A DNA stretch of 64,000 bases from Solirubrobacterales bacterium. Its GTDB lineage: Bacteria > Actinomycetota > Thermoleophilia > Solirubrobacterales > Solirubrobacteraceae. Shown one piece after another: positions 57,292 to 64,000 of this stretch. Where the stretch lies: positions 6,921 through 70,920 of the forward strand of contig JAPLCJ010000049.1 of the NCBI GenBank assembly GCA_026392255.1, given 5' to 3'. Position 1 is the stretch's first letter; the number at the start of each line of letters is the position of its first letter. The notes under the pieces were generated by a model. That model made no database searches, was not told the DNA's origin, and saw only the letters and a list, made by a program, of their open reading frames with translations. Made by a program: the position numbers and the translations under genes.

Positions 57292-59460
57292 CTAGGACTG
57301 CTCTTCCGGGCCCTCAATGCCCACGTTTGGGAGCAGTCGGTCAAGCCACTTCGGCAGCCACCAGGTGGCATTGGCGGCAAGGTCCATGATCGCCGGGAGC
57401 AGAATCACGCGGATCAGGAATGCGTCTAGGAACACGGCCGTTGCCAGGCCGACGCCGAACATCATGATGATCTTGTCGCCGCCGAACATGAAGGATCCAA
57501 AGACACAGACCATGATCGTCGCCGCAGCAGTGACAACGCGGCCTGTCGCAGCGAGCCCGTGGCGTACGGCGGCCCTTGGATTGTTGGAAATAGTCCACTC
57601 CTCACGGATCCTGGAGACAATGAAGACCTCGTAGTCCATCGAGAGCCCGAAGATGATTGCGAACATCATTACCGGCAGGAACGGCTCGATTGGGCCGGGT
57701 TCGATCCCAAACAGGCTCGCGCCCCACCCCTCCTGGAAGACGAGCGTCACGACGCCCAATGCCGCGCCGATCGAAAGAAGGTTCATTACGGCCGCCTTGA
57801 TCGGCACCAGAACTGACCTAAAGACAAGCATTAGTAGAAATGCGGAAAGCAGGACCACAACAATGATGAACATCGGCAGCTTTGAGCTGAATATGTTCGC
57901 TAGGTCAATGGTTGCCGGGGTAAAGCCACCAACGAGGATGTGCGTACCGGTTTGCCGGGCCAACTTCGGAGCCACTTCCTTGCGCAGGTCCTGAACCAGC
58001 GCCGTTGTCTCTTCGCTCTGAGGACTGGACTTTGGGTAGGCAACGAGAACACCGGTGGTCCGGTCCTTACTCATCGGCATCACGGTCACTTGGGCAATGC
58101 CTGAGACAGCCTTCAGGCCGCGGTCAACCCCAGTAAGGGCCTTCTCCTTGCCGTCCTTGGGAAGCGTCACAACAATCTGCATTGGCCCGTTGAAGCCCGG
58201 ACCAAAGCCGGTCGCAAGCAGCTCGTAGGCCTTGCGGGTGGTCTGGTCTGGCCCATCGTTGCCAGCGTCGTTATGCATCTGACGCATGCCGAAGGCGGGG
58301 ATTGTGAGAGCGACAAGGACAGCCGTTCCGCCAATCGCACAGATCCAGCGATGCCTGACGACAACATCAGCCCAGCGGGCCCACATTTGGCCTTCACGTT
58401 CCGCTCCTCGGCGCTTAGTTCTGCCGCGGCCAATCCTGCCGCCGAAGACATTGAAGCCGAGCAAGGCAGGCGTCAGGGTGAGGGCGGCAAGCATCGTGAC
58501 GAGCACGACCATGGAGGTTGCAATTGCGACTCCGTATAGGAAGGAGATTCCAAGCAGGACCATGCCGAGAATCGCAATCACGACTGTCATCCCAGCGAAG
58601 AGCACTGAGCGGCCTGCGGTCGTCATTGACTCCACAATCGCCTCGTGGTGGTCACCACCGTTACTTGCATAGGCGTCACGGAAGCGACTGACTATGAACA
58701 GCGAGTAATCAATCCCCACGCCGAGGCCGATCATCGCTGCGAGTTGCGGTGCGAAATCTGCCGTGTCTAGAACGTGACTGAGGAGTCCCAAGAGGGAGAC
58801 CCCCACACCGAGGCCGAACAAGGCGGTGACGACCGGCAACCCCATTGCCACGACTGACCCGAAGGTCAGAAGGAGGATGATGATGGCCGCAAGCAGGCCG
58901 ATGGCTTCTGTGGCCACTGGAGGCTGGCGCTCCGCCAATGCGATTGCCTGTCCGCCAAGTTCAACTTGGAGTCCATTGCCACCGGCAGCCTTAGCTGTGT
59001 CGATCACCTTTTGGATAGCCGCCTTGGGCAGCTTCTGCCCGAGTTGGTCAAAATCCAACACGGCAAAGGCGATGCGGCCGTCCTTGGATGTCTGCCCCCG
59101 GCCCGTCTTGGAATAGGGGCTCACGACGGTGGCAACGTGAGGAAGCTTGGCCACCTTCCCGAGCATTAGTTCTACACGCGCGGCAACCTTAGGGTCAGTG
59201 ACCTTGCCGGTCTTAACCGTAAGGACAATCTGGGAGCGATCCCCCGACTGAGAAGGAATGGCCTTTGCGAGAATGTCTGAGGCTGCTTGAGCCTGAGACC
59301 CGGGGATCTTGATGTCGTTGGCATAGACAGCGGGCTTAGCTGCCCCAATACCGACTACGGCAATAAGGAGAACAGCCCACGCAAGTACCACTAGGCGTCG
59401 ATGGCGGATACAGAAGCGGGCTAGCCGTGGCAAAGGGACATCCTCAGCTGGCCTCGCCAT
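57292..59460 (-). CDS. MMPL family (RND superfamily) transporter
   Basis: 722 aa with two 6-TM bundles separated by soluble domains, and an MMPL-typical N-terminus (RLARFCIRHRRLVVLAWAVLLIAV). Confidence 0.9.
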   Translation of the reverse strand: MARPAEDVPLPRLARFCIRHRRLVVLAWAVLLIAVVGIGAAKPAVYANDIKIPGSQAQAASDILAKAIPSQSGDRSQIVLTVKTGKVTDPKVAARVELMLGKVAKLPHVATVVSPYSKTGRGQTSKDGRIAFAVLDFDQLGQKLPKAAIQKVIDTAKAAGGNGLQVELGGQAIALAERQPPVATEAIGLLAAIIILLLTFGSVVAMGLPVVTALFGLGVGVSLLGLLSHVLDTADFAPQLAAMIGLGVGIDYSLFIVSRFRDAYASNGGDHHEAIVESMTTAGRSVLFAGMTVVIAILGMVLLGISFLYGVAIATSMVVLVTMLAALTLTPALLGFNVFGGRIGRGRTKRRGAEREGQMWARWADVVVRHRWICAIGGTAVLVALTIPAFGMRQMHNDAGNDGPDQTTRKAYELLATGFGPGFNGPMQIVVTLPKDGKEKALTGVDRGLKAVSGIAQVTVMPMSKDRTTGVLVAYPKSSPQSEETTALVQDLRKEVAPKLARQTGTHILVGGFTPATIDLANIFSSKLPMFIIVVVLLSAFLLMLVFRSVLVPIKAAVMNLLSIGAALGVVTLVFQEGWGASLFGIEPGPIEPFLPVMMFAIIFGLSMDYEVFIVSRIREEWTISNNPRAAVRHGLAATGRVVTAAATIMVCVFGSFMFGGDKIIMMFGVGLATAVFLDAFLIRVILLPAIMDLAANATWWLPKWLDRLLPNVGIEGPEEQS

Positions 59461-59540
59461 TCGGGGCGGAATGCGGGCACGGAGGTGAGCTTATCCGCTC
59501 AGAACCCGTCGAGCCGTGGAAGTGCGCCAAACTTGGACAA

Positions 59541-61025
59541 GTGTCAGCTACATCTCCACACCAACCCTCAGTTGTAATCATCGGCGCCGGCTTTGGCGGC
59601 CTTGCAGCTGCTATCGAACTTGAGCGCCACGGCCACACCAACTACACGGTCCTCGAACGCCAAACTGAGGTCGGCGGGGTCTGGCAGGCCAATCAGTACC
59701 CAGGCGCACGCTGTGATGTGCCCTCGATCATTTACCAGTACTCCTATGACCTTCGCCCAGACTGGTCAAGGCGCTTTGGTAACCAGGCAGAGATCTGCGA
59801 TTACCTCAAACAAGCCTCAGAGCGATTCGGTGTGCGGCCACGCATTCGCTTCAACACCTCCGTTCAATCAGCGCACTTCGATGAGCAGAAGGCCAGCTGG
59901 CATCTGACGCTCGCTAGTGGCGAGACAATTGACGCCGACGTGATGATCTGCGCGACTGGGCAGCTCAGTCAGCCCAAGATCCCCGACCTGCCCGGACGTG
60001 ACACCTTCGCTGGGGCACAGTTTCACTCAGCTGAGTGGGATCACAGCGTGGACATCACCGCCAAGCGGGTAGCGGTTGTGGGCAGCGGGGCGAGTGCCGT
60101 GCAGATCGTCCCTGCGATCGCTCAACAAACAGGCCACCTCACACTTGTTCAGCGCCACCCAAACTGGATTGTGGGGAAGATGGATTGGGCCCCAAGCCGG
60201 CTTGAGAAGAGCCTTGGGCGAAGGTTTCCCATCTTCCTCCGCGGTTACCACAACGTGATGTGGCTCTACTTTGAATCGCGCTACCCATTGGTGCTGCGTA
60301 AGGCCGACCCGGTCCGCCGCGTATGGGAGCGGATCCTCAAGCGTCAAATCGCCAAGGCGCTGGGTGACCCGCACAAGACAGCCGCCTGCATCCCTGACTA
60401 TGCGCTTGGATGCAACCGGATTCTGCTTTCCAGTGAGTGGTACCCGACACTGGCAAAGCCAGATGTCAGGGTTGTCAACTCAGGTGTCGCTTCGCTCGAT
60501 GCGGACGGGATCGTTTGCTCCGATGGGACAAGGGTTGATGCCGATGTGATCGTCTGGTGTACAGGCTTCACCGCAACTGAGTACATCGCCCCGATGGAAG
60601 TTGTCGGTCGTAACGGTCAGAACCTGCGCACAGCCTGGGCGGATGGACCAGAGGCCTACCTCGGCCTAGTCACAGCCGGATTCCCGAACATGTTCATGTC
60701 ATACGGGCCCAACACCGGAAGCCTGACCAACACGCTGATCTACATGTTTGAGAAGCAAGCGTCCTGGATTCGCCAGGTGATCGAACACCTCGGGACCACC
60801 GGTGGCTGGGTTGATGTCCGTGAGGACGTCCACCGCGAGTTCAACGACGAAATCCAGAGTCGGCTTCAGAAGACTGTCTTCACTGCCGGTTGCCCCGGCT
60901 GGTACAGCACGGACTCGGGCAAAGTGACTCAGGTTTGGACCGGGTCACACGTGGAGTACGGACGGCGCACCGAGACCCTCGATCCGTTGATCTTCGAGCG
61001 TGGTGGCTCGAAGACACCAGCCTGA
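59541..61025 (+). CDS. Baeyer-Villiger-type flavin monooxygenase (EthA-like)
   Basis: It has VVIIGAGFGGLAAA, the BVMO fingerprint FxGxxxHxxxW (FAGAQFHSAEWD) and VAVVGSGASAVQ. I prefer the GTG at 59541 as the start; the track start would overlap the divergent MMPL gene. Confidence 0.85.
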   Translation: MSATSPHQPSVVIIGAGFGGLAAAIELERHGHTNYTVLERQTEVGGVWQANQYPGARCDVPSIIYQYSYDLRPDWSRRFGNQAEICDYLKQASERFGVRPRIRFNTSVQSAHFDEQKASWHLTLASGETIDADVMICATGQLSQPKIPDLPGRDTFAGAQFHSAEWDHSVDITAKRVAVVGSGASAVQIVPAIAQQTGHLTLVQRHPNWIVGKMDWAPSRLEKSLGRRFPIFLRGYHNVMWLYFESRYPLVLRKADPVRRVWERILKRQIAKALGDPHKTAACIPDYALGCNRILLSSEWYPTLAKPDVRVVNSGVASLDADGIVCSDGTRVDADVIVWCTGFTATEYIAPMEVVGRNGQNLRTAWADGPEAYLGLVTAGFPNMFMSYGPNTGSLTNTLIYMFEKQASWIRQVIEHLGTTGGWVDVREDVHREFNDEIQSRLQKTVFTAGCPGWYSTDSGKVTQVWTGSHVEYGRRTETLDPLIFERGGSKTPA

Positions 61026-61037
61026 CCACTTAGGGGA

Positions 61038-61184
61038 CTAGCCGGTTACGCGTTCCTCTTCGAGCGCACGGTTCTCTTGGCGCTCGGAGAGAATCTTCAC
61101 TGCGACAACCATCAGCAGAACGTTGACCAGAACACCAATCCCTATGAAGGTGAAGAGGAGGCCGGCTGTGTACTTGAAAGCCAT
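61038..61184 (-). CDS. Possible 48-aa single-TM protein
   Basis: My own translation reads MAFKYTAGLLFTFIGIGVLVNVLLMVVAVKILSERQENRALEEERVTG. It is below the track's size cut-off. It looks more protein-like than the overlapping 78-aa track ORF in another frame. The SD is weak. Confidence 0.35.
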   Translation of the reverse strand: MAFKYTAGLLFTFIGIGVLVNVLLMVVAVKILSERQENRALEEERVTG

Positions 61185-61299
61185 GCTGAGTCCGAAGATT
61201 GTCATCGGGTGTGAATGCTAGCGCCAAGGGCGGGTGGCTGACACGACGCCATACCCCGGCAGCCAATCAGGCCACCGGGGGTAGGCATTGAGAGAGGGG

Positions 61300-61962
61300 T
61301 CAGGCAGCGATACGGCGTGACTCAAGGTGCACGCTGACCTTGCGCTTTACGCGCTGAAGAGCGTTGTCCACGGTCTTTGTGTCCCGACCAGTTCGCTCAG
61401 CAATCTCCTCGTAAGGACGGCCATCGAGGTAGAGGGCCAGTACTTCGGCCTCAAGCTCCGAGAGTTCAGCTGCCAGGCAGTCAACCAAGGCACGCAGCTC
61501 CTCAGAAGAGACCACGCGGCTTGCTGGGTCATCGGTCTTTGGACCTGGGATGAACTCCTCAAGCGTTGGCTCACCTTCACCCTGCTGACCGCCGGGAGAG
61601 GATGAGAACGACACGTACTGGTTGAGCGGAATGTGCTTGTTCCGGGTTGCGGTCTTGACCGCAGTGATGATCTGCCTGGTGATGCACAGCTCCGCGAAGT
61701 TGCGGAATGAGGACTCTCTGTCAGTCCGGTAGTCACGAATTGCCTTGTAAAGGCCAACGAGCCCCTCCTGGATCAGGTCATCTGCGTCTCCTCCAGCGAG
61801 GAAGTACGACGATGCTTTGAGGCGTACGAAGCCGTGATAACGACGGACCAACTGGTCTAGTGCACGCTCGTCGCCCTGCTTGGCGAGCGCGATAAGGAAC
61901 CCATCATCAACCTTAGGCTTAGGTTGAAGGCTTCTCGGAAATGGCTGTGAACTGTATGACAC
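61300..61962 (-). CDS. sigH: Spo0H/SigH-type sigma-70 family factor (Firmicutes sigma-H family)
   Basis: It has YFLAGGDADDLIQEGLVGLYKAIRDYRTDRESSFRNFAELCITRQIITAVKTATRNKHIPLNQYVS and LYLDGRPYEEIAERTGRDTKTVDNALQRVKRKV. Both are near-identical in pattern to B. subtilis SigH as I recall it. The GTG start lies after AAAGGA. Confidence 0.85.
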   Translation of the reverse strand: MSYSSQPFPRSLQPKPKVDDGFLIALAKQGDERALDQLVRRYHGFVRLKASSYFLAGGDADDLIQEGLVGLYKAIRDYRTDRESSFRNFAELCITRQIITAVKTATRNKHIPLNQYVSFSSSPGGQQGEGEPTLEEFIPGPKTDDPASRVVSSEELRALVDCLAAELSELEAEVLALYLDGRPYEEIAERTGRDTKTVDNALQRVKRKVSVHLESRRIAA

Positions 61963-62138
61963 GTGAACGTCCTTTCGAACGGCTTATTGCCGTAGTGGTC
62001 GTTGACGCACTGCCTCCCCTGGCGCCCCGCTTCTCAATTATGTCCCCGGCTTCAGCTCTAGGTCTCAACCTACAGTTGAGGCTTAAGGAATTGCGCCAGC
62101 TTTCCATAAGCATGCTCTTTTGTCAAGCAAAACTTTTA

Positions 62139-62157
62139 CGCCTCTCCTCCGGGGGCG
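62139..62157 (-). terminator. Candidate terminator hairpin after rlmB
   Basis: On the minus strand, CGCCCC-cggagga-GAGGCG is followed by TAAAAGTTTTG, about 30 nt past the rlmB stop. Confidence 0.4.
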
Positions 62158-62187
62158 CTAGTGAACGTGCTTGGACCGTTTGTTAGG

Positions 62188-62877
62188 TCAGGCGCCGCGT
62201 TGGCGAACGGCTTCGTAAAGCAGTGCTGCGGCAGCGGTTGAGACGTTCAGGGATTCGATCCGCCCAGCAAGTGGAAGGGCTACCAACCGGTCGCAGGCAT
62301 CCGCGACACGTGGGCGAAGGCCCTTACCTTCTGATCCCATCACGAGCACAACTGGGCCGGTCCAATCCACGGCGTCCCACTGCTCTGCGCCCTCCATCGC
62401 TGCACCGTGACTCCAGAACCCTGCGTCTCGCGCCTCCACAAGGAAGTCGGCGATGTTGCGCACCTGCGCAATTGGCAAGTGTTCGACAGCACCGGAGGAC
62501 ACCTTGCAGACAACTGGTGTTACCTCCGCGCTCCGATGGCGGGGAATCACAAGCCCAGCCGCCCCTGCTGCTGCGGCCACTCGGCAGATCGCACCAAAGT
62601 TCCTTGGGTCCTGTACCTCATCGAGAACGACTAGGAGGGCATCCTTGACCGCCAGCAGGTCAGCCGGGTCGGCGTAGACAAAGTCAGCTACCTCAGCGAC
62701 CACACCCTGATGATCTGGGGACTCGCAACGCTTCTCCAGTGCCTGAAAATCGCCTGTCTCCACTGGGATGTCGGAGGGCCAGTCAGCCTCAGGTCCTCGC
62801 TCCGTCACCCAGATGCGATGGACATTGCGTGGCCCTACGATCGCCTCGTTGACAGCGTTGCGTCCGTAGATGATCAC
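62188..62877 (-). CDS. rlmB: TrmH/SpoU-family 23S rRNA (guanosine-2'-O)-methyltransferase RlmB
   Basis: It has the N-terminal IYGRNAVNEAI substrate-binding domain and SpoU motifs (DPRNFGAI, LVMGSEGKGL, IESLNVS). Its ATG overlaps the cysS stop as ATGA (62874-62877). Confidence 0.88.
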   Translation of the reverse strand: MIIYGRNAVNEAIVGPRNVHRIWVTERGPEADWPSDIPVETGDFQALEKRCESPDHQGVVAEVADFVYADPADLLAVKDALLVVLDEVQDPRNFGAICRVAAAAGAAGLVIPRHRSAEVTPVVCKVSSGAVEHLPIAQVRNIADFLVEARDAGFWSHGAAMEGAEQWDAVDWTGPVVLVMGSEGKGLRPRVADACDRLVALPLAGRIESLNVSTAAAALLYEAVRQRGA

Positions 62878-64000
62878 TGGTCTGAGATCAGTTCAGGGCC
62901 GTTAGCGCCATCGCGCACAGTCCAACCGCGCTGGAGTAGCTCGTCACGGATGCGGTCGGCTTCAGCCCAATCGCTGGCAGCCCTGGCAGTCTCGCGCGCT
63001 GTCAGCAGCTCAAGGGACTCAGCATCAGGACCGTCACCAGCAGTTTGGTCGAGCAGGTTCTCGAGGGCAAAGACAGTGAGCATTGTCCTCAGGCCATCGC
63101 CGCCGATGACTCCCCCGTCTCTGTTTGCCTCGCGAACCCAGCCAAACAGCTCAGCCAAGGCAGCTGGCGTGTTGAAGTCGTCGGCAAGGGAGTCAAAGAA
63201 CCTCTCCTCGTAGTGAGTCAGTGAATCCGGTGAGGGGCCGTCGGTCAGGTTGCGTGCGAGCTCGCCGATCCGAGCGGCGCGGGCTTGGGCCTCAACAAAG
63301 CGCTCGTCCGTGCAGGAGAGAGGCTGGCGGTAGTGACCGCTCAGCAACCAGAGGAGGACGGCATCGCGGCCGTGAGCGTCGATGGCCTCGTGCAGCAGGA
63401 GAACATTCCCAACGGACTTAGCCATCTTCTCCTCACCGAAGCGGACCATGCCGTTGTGCATCCAGATCTTTGCGAGTGGCTTGCCCCGAGCAGCAGCCGT
63501 TTGGGCCTGCTCGTTCTCGTGATGAGGGAAGACAAGGTCACTGCCGCCACCGTGAACCTCGAAGTCAACGCCCAGCTCGGCCTCGGCCATCGCTGAACAC
63601 TCAATGTGCCAGCCTGGACGCCCGGGGCCCCAAGGGGAATCCCACGAAGTGTCCTCGCCAGGCTTGTTTGCCTTCCACAGCGCAAAGTCAAGTGAGTCAC
63701 GCTTGATCGAGGCGCCCTCGACCCCTTCGCCTTGGTCCATCTGATCAACATCGCGGTGGGAGAGCTCGCCATAAGCCTTATGCGAGCGGACGCTGAAGTA
63801 GACGTCTCCTTCGGCTTCATATGCATGCCCTGCGTCGACAAGATCGGAGATCAGGCTGATGATCTCTTCGATGTGACCCGTGGCAAGCGGCTCAGCATCA
63901 GGACGGCCGATCCCAAGAGCATCGGTGTCGGCTCTGTAGTGGTCAGCCATCTGGTTAGCCAGATCAGTGCTCGCCACGCCAGCTGCATTGGCTGCCGCGT
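62874..64000 (-). CDS. cysS: Cysteinyl-tRNA synthetase. The N-terminus runs off the right edge of the window.
   Basis: It has GRPGWHIECSAM, FPHHENE and the KMSKS-type motif KMAKSVGN. The reading frame stays open upstream of the track's GTG to position 64000. Confidence 0.93.
   Translation of the reverse strand, partial: AAANAAGVASTDLANQMADHYRADTDALGIGRPDAEPLATGHIEEIISLISDLVDAGHAYEAEGDVYFSVRSHKAYGELSHRDVDQMDQGEGVEGASIKRDSLDFALWKANKPGEDTSWDSPWGPGRPGWHIECSAMAEAELGVDFEVHGGGSDLVFPHHENEQAQTAAARGKPLAKIWMHNGMVRFGEEKMAKSVGNVLLLHEAIDAHGRDAVLLWLLSGHYRQPLSCTDERFVEAQARAARIGELARNLTDGPSPDSLTHYEERFFDSLADDFNTPAALAELFGWVREANRDGGVIGGDGLRTMLTVFALENLLDQTAGDGPDAESLELLTARETARAASDWAEADRIRDELLQRGWTVRDGANGPELISDQ

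Noticed and set aside
61030-61266. 78-aa track ORF (MAAGVWRRVSHPPLALAF...)
   Set aside because: Its composition is Arg/Pro/His-rich and non-protein-like. A 48-codon TM ORF in another frame on the same strand is a more plausible coding candidate.
62098-62126. Sigma-70-type promoter for sigH, based on a perfect TTGACA (minus strand, 62126-62121)
   Set aside because: No acceptable -10 hexamer lies at a 16-18 nt spacing (AAAGCT at 17 nt). A CATAAT further downstream has a 20-nt spacer to the nearest -35-like TTGAGA. I did not call it as a feature.

Overview
This is a visibly GC-rich, almost fully coding bacterial chromosomal segment (GC not computed). I saw no rRNA, CRISPR array, transposase or integrase. 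Most of the gene content looks Actinomycetota-like: WS/DGAT, MMPL, an F420-type LLM oxidoreductase, a MarP-like CvpA-protease, and the lysA-hom-thrC-thrB operon. Some traits look Firmicutes-like instead: a Spo0H/SigH-type sigma factor in cysS-rlmB-sigH synteny, and a Bacillus-like TopB. Housekeeping genes include ispH (partial), gltB/gltD, threonine/lysine biosynthesis genes, lgt, a PBP, tRNA-Thr(UGU) and cysS (partial). The most interesting items are:
(1) A three-gene module at 5094-7077 whose junctions both overlap as ATGA. It encodes an ECF-sigma-like protein, an XRE-type HTH protein and an ImmA/IrrE HEXXH metalloprotease. This is my best candidate for an undescribed protease-gated regulatory switch.
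(2) A perfect 19-bp tandem duplication at 27356-27394 that frameshifts an AddB/AdnA-like helicase-nuclease gene. The gene sits in a topB-addB-addA cluster.
(3) A ydaO-type (cyclic-di-AMP) riboswitch, invisible to the ORF track, upstream of an NlpC/P60-M23-lgt gene string.
(4) A 38-bp hairpin-containing unit repeated about 2.7 times in tandem at 50512-50620, followed by further palindromes.
(5) An ECF sigma fused to a ZAS anti-sigma domain, in an operon with a 917-aa secreted multi-Ig-like protein.
(6) Unusual fusions and tails: PlsC-GpsA, a WS/DGAT with a Lys/Ala/Pro-rich tail, and a TopB with a KKPAAK-repeat tail.
The ORF track counts GTG and TTG as starts. Several track ORFs carry spurious N-terminal extensions, so I trimmed starts using SD sequences, ATGA/TTGA coupling and homology recalled from memory. 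All family assignments come from reading motifs by eye and not from database searches.
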